A program made the position numbers and the translations under genes. Below the pieces are notes generated by a model. That model was not told the DNA's origin. It did no database searches and saw only the letters and a program-made list of their open reading frames with translations. From an uncultured Bacteroidales bacterium (GTDB lineage: Bacteria; Bacteroidota; Bacteroidia; Bacteroidales; SZUA-534): a DNA stretch of 64,000 bases. Positions 1 through 9,820 of the stretch are shown one piece after another (the stretch's first letter is position 1; each line of letters begins with the position of its first letter). The stretch lies in contig CADASL010000007.1 of assembly GCA_902790595.1 (NCBI GenBank), positions 30,200-94,199 of the forward strand, written 5' to 3'.

Positions 1-1
1 C

Positions 2-772
2 ACTGTTACGCTTGCCGCGATTTGCACAACCGGCTACGCGCAGAGTAACAACGATTCGACGGCGGACGACACAACCAAAACTAATACCAATCAGCCAAAA
101 GAAGAAGAAAAACAGGTATTTTTTATCGTTGAAAATATGCCCGAATTTCCTTGTGGTGAGGTCGGTTTAAACAAGTATCTTGAGGAAAATATTGTTTATC
201 CTGAAGAGGCGAAAAACAAAGGATTGGAAGGAAAGGTTTTCATATATTTTATTGTTAGTAAAACCGGAGATGTTGAGAATATCAAAGTTGCAAAAGGCAT
301 TGACCCTTTACTGGATAATGAAGCAATTCGCGTTGTGCAAAATATGCCTAAATGGAAACCAGGCTCGCAGCGTGGAAAACCAGTTGAAGTATCATTTTCC
401 TTACCAATAGCTTTTCCTCCTACCAATAACTTTCAAACTCTTGAAACAAAGCCCGAATATCCGGGAGGAGCCTATGCTTTAGAAAAATATATTTCAAAAC
501 AACTTGCGGGGAGACCAAAAATTACAAAAAAGAAAACAGGTAAATACCGCTTCATAATCAACAAACAAGGATATGCCGAAAACATCAGTGTGGTGCGGGG
601 TATAAATTCTGCAATTGACGATATGGTGGTAAGCGCGTTGCAAAATATGTCACAATGGAATTGCGCATATTTCCGAAAGGACCCCAATCAATGGCCCGTT
701 ACCATTTCAATTACGGCTGATAAATATGGCAGATTATCTGTTAGTGTCGATACTATGTGGGTGAATCGGTAA
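2..772 (+). CDS. TonB C-terminal-domain protein, 5' end cut by window edge; signal-peptide type with two TonB_C-like modules
   Basis: Frame is open from nt 2 (TVTLAAICTTGYAQ looks like the end of a signal peptide). MPEFPCGE...NMPKWKPGSQRGKPVEVSFSLPIAF is the TonB_C signature. A second, degenerate module starts KPEYPGGAYALEKYI. Confidence 0.8.
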   Translation, partial: TVTLAAICTTGYAQSNNDSTADDTTKTNTNQPKEEEKQVFFIVENMPEFPCGEVGLNKYLEENIVYPEEAKNKGLEGKVFIYFIVSKTGDVENIKVAKGIDPLLDNEAIRVVQNMPKWKPGSQRGKPVEVSFSLPIAFPPTNNFQTLETKPEYPGGAYALEKYISKQLAGRPKITKKKTGKYRFIINKQGYAENISVVRGINSAIDDMVVSALQNMSQWNCAYFRKDPNQWPVTISITADKYGRLSVSVDTMWVNR

Positions 773-829
773 CGGAAACAACCGCCACCTAAGTTCAAAA
801 TAGAAGTGCCAAGTTGAAAATCTTTTCAT

Positions 830-837
830 TATCTTTG
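830..837 (+). promoter_or_regulatory. Candidate Bacteroidota -7 promoter element (TATCTTTG)
   Basis: Matches the TAnnTTTG consensus about 26 nt upstream of ATG 864. Confidence 0.4.
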
Positions 838-863
838 GCGTATTAACAATTAATTTCATCATA

Positions 864-1346
864 ATGAGCACCCACGCCACAATTCTCACTATTGCGCTTG
901 CCGCGATTTGTTCGATGGGCTATGCGCAAAACAAAGGTACTGACACTGACAAATCAGCCATTACACCCAAAACAGCCGACGCCACCGAAAACACCGCAAA
1001 AAACGAGGATGACGAAGTGTATTTCATCGTTCCAAAAATGCCCGAATTCCCCGGCGGCGATTCCGCTTTGCGCAGATTCATCACCGAGAATCTGAGATAC
1101 CCCGAAGAAGCCAAGGCCAGCGGAATGTCGGGGAAGGTTTTTGTTCAGTTCGTAATCAACAAAAACGGCGAGGTTGAGAATCCCCAGATTGCAAGAGGCG
1201 TTGAGCCGTCATTGAATAAAGAGGCCATCCGCGTAATACAAAGTCTGCCGAAATGGAAGCCCGGCCAGAACAAATCAAAATGGGATAACGAATGGAGACC
1301 AGTGCGGGTATCGTTCACCATTCCTGTCGATTTCAAACTCGAATAG
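864..1346 (+). CDS. TonB C-terminal-domain protein, signal-peptide type, single module
   Basis: N-terminus MSTHATILTIALAAICSMGYAQ resembles a signal peptide. MPEFPGGDSALRRFITENLRYPEEAKASGMSGKVFVQFVINKNGEV...LPKWKPG is the TonB_C signature. There is no TM anchor or Pro-rich spacer. Confidence 0.85.
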   Translation: MSTHATILTIALAAICSMGYAQNKGTDTDKSAITPKTADATENTAKNEDDEVYFIVPKMPEFPGGDSALRRFITENLRYPEEAKASGMSGKVFVQFVINKNGEVENPQIARGVEPSLNKEAIRVIQSLPKWKPGQNKSKWDNEWRPVRVSFTIPVDFKLE

Positions 1347-1416
1347 AAAAGTAATTAACACGCGAACGTGCCGCACAACCGTTCTGCAATGTTTGATTTT
1401 AATTAATAGAAATAAT

Positions 1417-2256
1417 ATGAACGCGAGACACACACTCAAAGCCATTCTGGCCGTTGCATTTGCGGCCGTTTGCACAAACGGCGTGTGCCAAACCGCAGGT
1501 AATCAGCCTGTTATTGTTCCGAAGGATAGTGCGGCCGCCGTCAATCAGCCGATTATCGACGATGACAACACCATTTACACTTCAGTTAAAATAATGCCGG
1601 AATATCCGGGCGGCGAATCTGCCATGAAACAGTATTTTGCTGATAATATGCAGAGTATAAAATCCGCAAAATTCATAAAAGGGAAAGTTTTCGTGCAGTT
1701 TGTAATTGGCAAAGACGGTATGGTTGAACCCGATAATGTGAAAGTTATCACTGGTATCAACCCTGAAATCGACGCAAAAGTGGTTGATTTTATAAAGAGC
1801 ATGCCAAAATGGACGCCCGGTATGCGACTCGAATCGAAAAACGGCACAGTGATGAAGGTGCTTGCGCGGGTATCGATGACTATTCCTATTGAGATATCGA
1901 TTAAGGGCGAAGAAGAAGAAGTGTTCTTCATTGTTGAACACATGCCCGAATTCCCCGGCGGCGATTTGGAATTGCGCAAATACATTGCCGCGAACATTAA
2001 ATATCCCGAAGAAGCCAAAGCAAAAGGCCTGTCGGGAAAAGTTTTTGTTCAGTTCATAATCGACAAGAACGGTGACGTTGTAAATCCCAAAATAGTGAGA
2101 GGCATCGACCCGATATTGGACAACGAAGCCATTCGAGTGATAAAAAGTTTGCCTAAGTGGAAACCCGGGGAGCAAAGCAAAAGAATTGATGGCGAAAAAG
2201 TGTGGGTTCCAAAAAACGTGTCGTGGATTGTGCCTGTCGATTTTCAGATAAAATAG
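1417..2256 (+). CDS. TonB C-terminal-domain protein, signal-peptide type, two modules
   Basis: ATG at 1417 (MNARHTLKAILAVAFAAVCTNGVCQ); the ORF-track start at 1393 is TTG. Two TonB_C modules: MPEYPGGESAMKQYF... and MPEFPGGDLELRKYIAANIKYPEEAKAKGLSGKVFVQF... Confidence 0.85.
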   Translation: MNARHTLKAILAVAFAAVCTNGVCQTAGNQPVIVPKDSAAAVNQPIIDDDNTIYTSVKIMPEYPGGESAMKQYFADNMQSIKSAKFIKGKVFVQFVIGKDGMVEPDNVKVITGINPEIDAKVVDFIKSMPKWTPGMRLESKNGTVMKVLARVSMTIPIEISIKGEEEEVFFIVEHMPEFPGGDLELRKYIAANIKYPEEAKAKGLSGKVFVQFIIDKNGDVVNPKIVRGIDPILDNEAIRVIKSLPKWKPGEQSKRIDGEKVWVPKNVSWIVPVDFQIK

Positions 2257-2408
2257 GATAACCTAAAAACAACAATAAGCTTTAGCGAAAAGCCTCCCAT
2301 ATCCGACTCACAACGCACTTCCGAAAAAAATCGTCGATTTTTCTGTTCCATAAGTAATAATCTATGACAAAATCAGTTATTTTTAATACGAACTAAAAAC
2401 GTAATACT

Positions 2409-3083
2409 ATGGAACTCAAAAAGAATCCACGAGCAGATTTAAGGCGGTACGCCGGACTGTTCTTCGAAGCAGGTTTGGTAGTTGCGTTAAGCGCCGTTCT
2501 GGCATCGTTCAACTACACTAACCACGAGCTAAACCGTATGGTTTTTAGCGGCATTGACAACATCGACTTCGAGGATGTGCTGATTCCCGTCACACACCCG
2601 AAGGAGATTGCACCACCTCCGGCTCCACCAAAAGTTGCCGAGGTTATTACAATCATCGAAAGCGAATCTGAATTGGAGGAGACGCTCGATATTGACGACG
2701 TTGAGGCAACCCAGGAGACTGCGATTACCATCATTGAGAGACCCGACGAAGCGGAAGAACCCGAGCCCGAAATCTTTTTCAGCGCCGAAGTCAATCCTTC
2801 GTTCCCCGGCGGAATGGCAGCCCTGTACAAGCTCATCGGCGAGAGGTTGAATTATCCCGAAGCCGCAAGGAGTAACGGCATTACAGGCAAGGTTCACCTC
2901 AAGTTTGTGATTAATAAGAAAGGCGAGGTTGAAAACGTTCAGATAACCCGAGGCGTTGACCCGCTGCTCGACCGCGAGGCCATCCGCGTGATTGAGGGGC
3001 TTCCACGATGGAATCCCGGCACACAACGCGGCAAACCCGTGAACGTGTGGTTCTCAATGCCGATAAACTTCCAACTAAATTGA
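2409..3083 (+). CDS. Energy transducer TonB (membrane-anchored form)
   Basis: MELKKNPRADLRRY tail, a TM helix (GLFFEAGLVVALSAVLASF), a PPPAPPKV Pro-rich spacer, an acidic stretch and a C-terminal TonB_C domain. Confidence 0.85.
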   Translation: MELKKNPRADLRRYAGLFFEAGLVVALSAVLASFNYTNHELNRMVFSGIDNIDFEDVLIPVTHPKEIAPPPAPPKVAEVITIIESESELEETLDIDDVEATQETAITIIERPDEAEEPEPEIFFSAEVNPSFPGGMAALYKLIGERLNYPEAARSNGITGKVHLKFVINKKGEVENVQITRGVDPLLDREAIRVIEGLPRWNPGTQRGKPVNVWFSMPINFQLN

Positions 3084-3094
3084 CAGATTAAAAG

Positions 3095-3121
3095 TGCCGG
3101 CCAGAGCGCCGGCATTTTTTT
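3095..3121 (+). terminator. Rho-independent terminator
   Basis: TGCCGGC-cagagc-GCCGGCA stem-loop followed by T7. Confidence 0.7.
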
Positions 3122-3236
3122 GGCTGGTTGCGGCTTTTCTGATTCAACCGTCAAAAAAGTTTCTTTTACATTGACATATTATTATAAAAAATTCTACTTT
3201 TAGCGGCTGAAAAAACTAATACTAATAATAAACGCT

Positions 3237-3917
3237 ATGGAACTTAAAAAGAATCCAAAAGCCGACTTACGGCGATACAGCGGATTGTTTCTGGAAGTGG
3301 GATTTGTAGTGGCTTTGTGCGCTATTTTGGGTGCGTTCAGCTACACAATTCACGAGAAGAACACCGCTGGTTTCGGTGAGCTTGAAGATGTCATCGCCGA
3401 AGAGGAAATCATCCCAATCACACGCCAACAGGAGATAACTCCTCCCCCACCGCCGGAGGTTCCGAAGGTTGCCGAGGTAATCAACATTGTTGACGATGAC
3501 GTTGAGATTGACGACGAGCTCGATATTGAGGACGTTGAGGCCGACCAGGATACCGAGGTGGAAATCGTTGCTATGCAAGAGGAGGAAGAGGAAGAGGAAG
3601 CCGAAGTATTCTTCATTGTTGAGAATATGCCCGAATTCCCCGGCGGCGAGCTTGCAATGCGCAAATATCTGGCCGAGCACACCCAATACCCCGAGATTGC
3701 CAAGGAGAACGGTCTTTCGGGAAAGGTTTTCGTTCAGTTCGTGATTAACCAGAAGGGTGAAATCGAGAACGTGAAAATCGCCCGTGGTGTTGACCCCGCA
3801 TTGGATAAGGAAGCCATCCGCGTGGTACAGAGCCTTCCAAAGTGGAAACCTGGCTCGCAGCGTGGAAAACCGGTGCGCGTGTCATTCACAGTGCCAATCA
3901 ACTTCCAGTTGAACTAG
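3237..3917 (+). CDS. Energy transducer TonB (membrane-anchored form)
   Basis: MELKKNPKADLRRY tail, a TM helix, PPPPPEVPKV spacer, an E/D-rich stretch and a TonB_C domain ending PKWKPGSQRGKPVRVSFTVPINFQLN. Confidence 0.85.
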   Translation: MELKKNPKADLRRYSGLFLEVGFVVALCAILGAFSYTIHEKNTAGFGELEDVIAEEEIIPITRQQEITPPPPPEVPKVAEVINIVDDDVEIDDELDIEDVEADQDTEVEIVAMQEEEEEEEAEVFFIVENMPEFPGGELAMRKYLAEHTQYPEIAKENGLSGKVFVQFVINQKGEIENVKIARGVDPALDKEAIRVVQSLPKWKPGSQRGKPVRVSFTVPINFQLN

Positions 3918-3933
3918 GACAGCAATAGGATAA

Positions 3934-3966
3934 GAATGCCGACAAATTTTGCCGGCATTCTTTTTT
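3934..3966 (+). terminator. Rho-independent terminator
   Basis: GAATGCCG...CGGCATTC stem followed by T6. Confidence 0.65.
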
Positions 3967-4008
3967 CTTTTATAAAACAAGGCCGGCGCAACAACCGGCA
4001 TTGTCTGT

Positions 4009-4016
4009 TAAATTTG
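4009..4016 (+). promoter_or_regulatory. Candidate -7 promoter element (TAAATTTG)
   Basis: TAnnTTTG match about 30 nt upstream of the ppdK ATG. Confidence 0.4.
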
Positions 4017-4045
4017 AACTACATTCATTTATCATCAAATAATTA

Positions 4046-6766
4046 ATGACTATGTCACAGAAAAAACGTGTTTACACATTCGGCAACAAGAAAGCCGAAG
4101 GAAAAGCAGACATGCGTAATCTGTTGGGTGGCAAGGGTGCCAACCTGGCGGAGATGTGTCTTTTGGGTTTGCCAGTACCGGCAGGTTTCACAATCACAAC
4201 CGAAGTTTGTACGGAGTATTATGAAAACAACTGCGAGCTTCCGGCAGAGCTTGAGGCCGACGTTTGGGCTGCTATGGCCGAAACTGAGAAGATAATGGGC
4301 AAAAAATATGGCGACCCCGAAAACGCGCTTTTGGTTTCGTGCCGCTCGGGTGCACGCGCTTCAATGCCGGGTATGATGGACACAGTGCTCAACATTGGTG
4401 TCTGCTCGGCTACAATCCCCGGACTTATCAAAAAGACTGGCAACGAGCGCTTCGTTTGGGACTCGTACCGCCGTCTGATTATGATGTACGCCGACGTTGT
4501 GATGGAGAAAGCTGAAGGCTTGGACTTCAATATCCGCAAACAACTCGACGATATGCTCGACGACTACAAGAAACAGAAAGGCTACGCTTCGGATACCGAC
4601 CTAAGCGCCAACGATTTGAAATTCCTGGCCGACGAGTTCAAAAAGAAAATCAAAGCCGTTTTGGGCAAAGAATTCCCTGATGACGCTAAAGAGCAATTGA
4701 TGGGCGGTATCAAAGCCGTGTTCAAGAGCTGGAACGGTAAGAAAGCCGTTTCGTACCGCCGCATTGAGGGCATTCCTGACGACTGGGGTACAGCCGTTAA
4801 CGTTCAGTCGATGGTGTTCGGCAATATGGGCGACACTTCGGCTACTGGCGTTGCTTTCACCCGCAACCCCGCTACTGGCGAGAACCTGTTCTACGGTGAG
4901 TGGCTTATCAACGCTCAGGGCGAGGACGTTGTGGCAGGTATCCGCACACCGAACCCGCTCAACGACGAAACCAAGAACGAGCAGAACCAACACCTGAAAA
5001 GTATGCAGGAGGCTATGCCGCAGACATACAAAGAGTTGGTTGAAATCCGCGAGATTCTTGAGAAATCGTTCCACGATATGCTCGACATTGAGTTCACCAT
5101 TCAGGAAGGCAAACTGTTTATGCTGCAGTGCCGCGTCGGAAAACGCACTGGCACAGCCGCTCTGAATATGGCAATGGATATGCTTCACGAAGGTCTGATT
5201 GACGAGAAGACCGCCGTTTTGCGCGTTGACCCGACTCAACTCGACGAGCTGCTTCACCCGATTCTGAATCCTTCGGAAGAGAAACGTGTTAAACCTATTG
5301 TTAAAGGTCTGCCTGCTGGTCCTGGCGCTGCTGTGGGCAAGGTTGTCTTCACTGCTGAAGACGCCGTTGCTTGGCAGAAGAAGGGCGAGAAGGTTATTCT
5401 TGTCCGTGAGGAGACCAACCCCGAGGATGTTGAGGGTATGCGCGCTGCCGACGGTGTTCTCACCGCACGTGGTGGTATGACGTCGCACGCCGCTCTGGTT
5501 GCCCGCGGCTGGGGCAAATGCTGCATTGTTGGTGCAGGTGCTCTGCACGTTGACGTAGCTAACAAGACTGCAAAAATCATCGGTACAGATATCGAATTCA
5601 AAGAGGGCGCAACTCTCACATTGAACGGCACCAAGGGCAACGCTTATATGGGCGAACTGAAACTGATGGACGCTTCGGAGAATCCACGCTTCCAAGAGTT
5701 TATGCGTCTTGTCGACAAAAACCGCAAGATGGGTGTCCGCACCAACGCCGACAACCCAGACGACGCTCGCATTGCACGCGAGTTCGGCGCCGAGGGCATT
5801 GGCCTGTTCCGCACCGAGCATATGTTCTATGGCAAGAACTCTGAAGAGCCGTTGTTCCTGCTTCGCAAGATGATTTTGAGCGCCGACGCCGACGAGCGCC
5901 GCAAAGCTCTCGACGAGCTGTTCCCATTTATGAAGAAGGATATGAAGGCCACTCTGCTCGCTATGGACGGTCTGTCAGTAACCTTCCGTCTGCTCGACCC
6001 ACCGTTGCACGAGTTTGTTCCGCAAGGTGCCGAGAAACAGGCTGAGTTGGCTGCCGCTCTTGGCATTTCGGCCGCTGCCGTTGCCAAACGCGGCGAGGCT
6101 CTGCACGAGTCGAACCCGATGATGGGTCACCGTGGTGTCCGTCTGGGCGTTACCTATCCCGAAATTTCTGAAACTCAGATACGTGCAATCTTTGAGTCGG
6201 CTGCCGAGCTTATCAAAGACGGCAAAGACCCGCACGCCGAGATTATGGTTCCTGTAACCTGCGATATGAGCGAGTTGGAATACACCCGCAAGATTGTCGA
6301 CAAGGTTTACGCCGAAGTTTGCAAGAAATTCGGCCTGAAGGAAATCGGCTTCAAGTTCGGTACAATGATTGAGATTCCGCGCGCCGCTCTGTTGGCCGAC
6401 CGTATGGCCAAATACGCCGAGTTCTTCTCGTTCGGTACCAACGACCTGACTCAGATGACCTTCGGCTTCAGCCGCGACGACATCGGTGCCTTTATGTCAG
6501 CTTACATCGACAAGAAGATGCTGCCTGCCGATCCATTCCAGACTATCGACCAGGATGGCGTTGGCCAGCTGATTGCTTCGGCAACTCAGAAAGGCCGCTC
6601 AACTCGCAACGACCTGAAGGTTGGTATCTGCGGTGAGCAAGGCGGTGACCCAGCTTCTGTTGAGTTCTGCTACAAATCGGGCTTGAACTACGTGAGCTGC
6701 TCGCCGTTCCGCGTTCCAATCGCACGTTTGGCTGCCGCTCAGGCAACAATCCGCAACAGCAAATAA
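4046..6766 (+). CDS. ppdK: Pyruvate, phosphate dikinase
   Basis: 906 aa. N-terminal ATP-grasp region (GGKGANLAEM), phospho-histidine swivel motif GGMTSHAALVARGWGK, and a C-terminal PEP-utilising TIM barrel (FSFGTNDLTQ, GICGE). Confidence 0.95.
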   Translation: MTMSQKKRVYTFGNKKAEGKADMRNLLGGKGANLAEMCLLGLPVPAGFTITTEVCTEYYENNCELPAELEADVWAAMAETEKIMGKKYGDPENALLVSCRSGARASMPGMMDTVLNIGVCSATIPGLIKKTGNERFVWDSYRRLIMMYADVVMEKAEGLDFNIRKQLDDMLDDYKKQKGYASDTDLSANDLKFLADEFKKKIKAVLGKEFPDDAKEQLMGGIKAVFKSWNGKKAVSYRRIEGIPDDWGTAVNVQSMVFGNMGDTSATGVAFTRNPATGENLFYGEWLINAQGEDVVAGIRTPNPLNDETKNEQNQHLKSMQEAMPQTYKELVEIREILEKSFHDMLDIEFTIQEGKLFMLQCRVGKRTGTAALNMAMDMLHEGLIDEKTAVLRVDPTQLDELLHPILNPSEEKRVKPIVKGLPAGPGAAVGKVVFTAEDAVAWQKKGEKVILVREETNPEDVEGMRAADGVLTARGGMTSHAALVARGWGKCCIVGAGALHVDVANKTAKIIGTDIEFKEGATLTLNGTKGNAYMGELKLMDASENPRFQEFMRLVDKNRKMGVRTNADNPDDARIAREFGAEGIGLFRTEHMFYGKNSEEPLFLLRKMILSADADERRKALDELFPFMKKDMKATLLAMDGLSVTFRLLDPPLHEFVPQGAEKQAELAAALGISAAAVAKRGEALHESNPMMGHRGVRLGVTYPEISETQIRAIFESAAELIKDGKDPHAEIMVPVTCDMSELEYTRKIVDKVYAEVCKKFGLKEIGFKFGTMIEIPRAALLADRMAKYAEFFSFGTNDLTQMTFGFSRDDIGAFMSAYIDKKMLPADPFQTIDQDGVGQLIASATQKGRSTRNDLKVGICGEQGGDPASVEFCYKSGLNYVSCSPFRVPIARLAAAQATIRNSK

Positions 6767-6790
6767 TCTTAACGATTTGCAATATGAGAA

Positions 6791-6816
6791 AGCCCGACTA
6801 TGAGTCGGGCTTTTTT
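6791..6816 (+). terminator. Rho-independent terminator of ppdK
   Basis: AGCCCGACT-atg-AGTCGGGCT stem followed by T6. Confidence 0.75.
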
Positions 6817-7019
6817 GTTTTGGTGCATTTTTACGAACCGCAAGAAATGCCCGAAATGATTGAGTTTTCTAATAAAAAATCGTTGTATATTTGTGAGTAA
6901 TAATTAATTATCGCTTACAGGTTTTACATAATGCAAATTATGAAACTTTAAAAACACGATGGCTCAGAAAAGATAATAGCAATTTTTATTGACAATAAAT
7001 TTATAAGAATAACAGAGTA

Positions 7020-7547
7020 ATGAGGAAAATTCTTAAGACAGGTGATTATGCCATATATAATGGGGAAGCATATAAAATCTCATTTGACTCTCAAATTGTA
7101 TCTCCATTCAGAATGGAAGGAGTACATTATTATAAGGCTATTTATAGAATTTGTAATATAACATTGCAAGATTATGATGGTAACAAAATACCAATTGATT
7201 CTATATCACAATTAAAATCCGTATATCATATTTCGACTTATATTGAAATGTTAGGTACTTCTTGTGTCATTCGTGGAGAAACAAATGATGGCTTGTTGTT
7301 TGTAAATATAAATGGAGCACAATTAAAACAAATAAAAGATAAGATTCTATCACATTCTCAATCCGAAATAGACGCTTTTGATGTTTGTGTTTCAATAGAT
7401 AAAATTGATTCGATTTGGTATGAACGGGAACCTTTAGATAAAGATTTTTTATATACGGAACCAATTCCTTTTAATTCCCCCAAAATTACATATATCAAGA
7501 TGTATGGTCAGTGGCTTGATGTGCCTTTGGATGAGCAGATATTATAA
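7020..7547 (+). CDS. Hypothetical protein, 175 aa, in a visibly AT-rich orphan locus
   Basis: Single clean ORF in an AT-rich segment bracketed by terminators. I recognise no motif in it. Confidence 0.55.
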   Translation: MRKILKTGDYAIYNGEAYKISFDSQIVSPFRMEGVHYYKAIYRICNITLQDYDGNKIPIDSISQLKSVYHISTYIEMLGTSCVIRGETNDGLLFVNINGAQLKQIKDKILSHSQSEIDAFDVCVSIDKIDSIWYEREPLDKDFLYTEPIPFNSPKITYIKMYGQWLDVPLDEQIL

Positions 7548-7576
7548 AAACTTAAACCCTTAAAAACCTATAAATC

Positions 7577-7611
7577 AAAAAAAGGAAAGCGTTCACCACT
7601 TTCCTTTTTTT
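7577..7611. terminator. Bidirectional terminator between convergent genes
   Basis: A7-GGAAAG...CTTTCC-T7 hairpin lying between the stops at 7547 (+) and 7631 (-). Confidence 0.7.
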
Positions 7612-7630
7612 GTCTAATCAGCCGCGGCAA

Positions 7631-9610
7631 TTACCAGCACTTGGTGCTTTGGAACGACGATGCGGGAAGGCCCGCGCCGTTGTAGAGCGTGGCTTGGTCA
7701 ACGCAGTCATTCCAAAGGTAGCGCACCGATGCGGGGGCGGCAACCTTGTCGGATGTCACCTTCACCTTTCCGTCTTCAATTACCGCTGTGGCGGGATAGT
7801 ATTTGCCGTCTTTGCCAGCAATCTCAAAATCTTTGAGTTCGCCGCCTTTGGCGTTCAGACCTTCACCGTAATCGAAACTCAGGTAGATGGCTTTCCCGTT
7901 GATTTCCTGACTTTTGAACAGCGGGCCGCTGCAAACAACGTCTTTGCCGTAGATGTTCTTAAACGCCCACAGCGCAAGGCGGTTGCCCACTTCAACCTTG
8001 TTGGCGGGGTGAATATTCTTGTTGTTGCCGATGTCGATGGTCGAAGCCATTCCCGAGTTGGCCACCGACAGCGATACGCGCTGAGCCTCGCGAATTTCCT
8101 CAGAGTGGCCGTTGGTGCCGTAGTCGTAGGGCGCAATCTGCACGTAGTAGAACGGGAAATCGCCCTGAGCCCACTTTTCGCGCCAAGCCTTAATCATTAG
8201 CGGAAACGTGCGGGTGTATTCCTCGGCGTGCCCCACGTTGGCCTCGCCCTGATACCAGATGGCACCAGCCATTGCGTAGCCTGCAAACGGCGCCACCATT
8301 GCGTTGTAAAGGCAGGTCGGTGTCATTTCGCTCAAATCGATGGGGCTAATCGGGCGTTGGAAAAATTCCATTGACTGTATGTCGAATTTGTAGAGTTTCC
8401 CTTTCGACAGTTCGGCCACGGGCAGATATTTCCAACTTCCCGCAAGCGACACGGCGGCTTTTTCGTTATCCTTCGCGTTGCACTTCATTTTCGCAGGGTT
8501 GCCGTAGAGTCCGCCGCCGCCCATATTGTCGGTAACGCGGACGGCAATAACAGCCTTGCCAGCCTTAACCTTCTCGGCGGGAACGGTGTAAACGCGGTCG
8601 GCCTGATAGTTGTTGGTGCGGCCGATGGGTTCGCCGTTGAAGAAAGTCTCGTCGCCGTCGTCAATCGCGCCAAGCGATACCACGAGTTCCTTGCCAGCCA
8701 TTGCGGCGCTGATTTTTATGGTTTTACGGAACCACACAATGCCGTCGAAGGCGCGCACCTCGTTGTTGTTTTCCCAAAGAGTGGGGACGTTCATTGAGTG
8801 CCATTTGCTGTCGTCGAAATCGGGTTTTGCCAGGTCGCCGTCGCCAAGGTCGGGACGGGGGAATGTCGGCACCGACTGTTTCTGCGCAAGCCAACTGTTG
8901 CGTTTCTCGATGATTGGCGAACTTGCCTCAATGTTTTTCGCAATCTGACTGTATTCGGGCACGTTTTTGATATATTCCTGCGGAATCCAACTCTCGACAG
9001 GCGTTCCGCCCCACGACGAGTTGATGATGCCCACAGGCACACCAAGTTCGGCGTTAAGTTTTTTGGCAAAATAGTAGCACGTTGCGCCAAACTGCGGCGT
9101 GTTCTTTGGCGAAGCGGCCTTCCACTCGCCACCCGCCGCATTTTCCTCTTTAAAACTTGTGTTGCGCTCAACCATAAAGATGCGGATGTCGTTGTTGGTG
9201 CTATTGGCAATATCCTCGGGGCCGTTCAGAATGGTGCCGTACGGGAACCCGCTCATAGGCATTTCCATATTGCTCTGCCCCGATGCGAACCAAACCTCGC
9301 CAATCAGCACATTGTTGATGTAGATGGTGTTCTTGCCGTTGATAATCAGCGCGTATGGCCCGCCAAACGATGGTGTTGCCACATTCACCTTCCAGCGTCC
9401 GTCGGCTGCGGCTTCGGCAGTGACGGTTTTGTTGTCCCACGTGTTCGACACTGTGATTTTCTCGCCAGGCTCGGCAAATCCCCACACAGGGGCCGAAGTT
9501 TTTTGCTGCAAAACCATTCCGTCGGTAAATAGCGGCGGCATTTTGACGTCGGCAGTGGCGCAGGCAGCAAACGCAGCCACAGCCGTCAGTGTAAGAATCG
9601 CCTTTTTCAT
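7631..9610 (-). CDS. Sialate O-acetylesterase family (SGNH/SASA) carbohydrate esterase
   Basis: GEVWFASGQSNMEMPM catalytic-serine block typical of the SASA family. Start taken at MKKAILTLTAVAAFAACA (signal peptide) rather than the upstream ORF-track start. Confidence 0.8.
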   Translation of the reverse strand: MKKAILTLTAVAAFAACATADVKMPPLFTDGMVLQQKTSAPVWGFAEPGEKITVSNTWDNKTVTAEAAADGRWKVNVATPSFGGPYALIINGKNTIYINNVLIGEVWFASGQSNMEMPMSGFPYGTILNGPEDIANSTNNDIRIFMVERNTSFKEENAAGGEWKAASPKNTPQFGATCYYFAKKLNAELGVPVGIINSSWGGTPVESWIPQEYIKNVPEYSQIAKNIEASSPIIEKRNSWLAQKQSVPTFPRPDLGDGDLAKPDFDDSKWHSMNVPTLWENNNEVRAFDGIVWFRKTIKISAAMAGKELVVSLGAIDDGDETFFNGEPIGRTNNYQADRVYTVPAEKVKAGKAVIAVRVTDNMGGGGLYGNPAKMKCNAKDNEKAAVSLAGSWKYLPVAELSKGKLYKFDIQSMEFFQRPISPIDLSEMTPTCLYNAMVAPFAGYAMAGAIWYQGEANVGHAEEYTRTFPLMIKAWREKWAQGDFPFYYVQIAPYDYGTNGHSEEIREAQRVSLSVANSGMASTIDIGNNKNIHPANKVEVGNRLALWAFKNIYGKDVVCSGPLFKSQEINGKAIYLSFDYGEGLNAKGGELKDFEIAGKDGKYYPATAVIEDGKVKVTSDKVAAPASVRYLWNDCVDQATLYNGAGLPASSFQSTKCW

Positions 9611-9820
9611 TGTGATGATGTTTTTATAATTCAAATGCAAGATATAACGTTTTCGCAAACATTGGAATCATTTGATTTCAAAATCGCTTTCGCGGATATT
9701 CTGACACATAAACTTCTATCACAATCGTGAAAACGGCCATAACAGATTCTGCTTGCAGATTTGGTTTAGTTGCCTAAATTTGGGCTACTATTTTTTCACA
9801 TTAAAACAACATTTTCGATT

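Noticed and set aside
4601-5821. 406-aa ORF antisense to ppdK, plus several shorter ones on both strands within 4.0-6.8 kb.
   Set aside because: It lies entirely inside a gene whose sense-strand translation is an unmistakable PPDK. The antisense product is low-complexity (A/V/L/R/G-rich), as expected from stop-poor antisense frames in GC-richer coding DNA.
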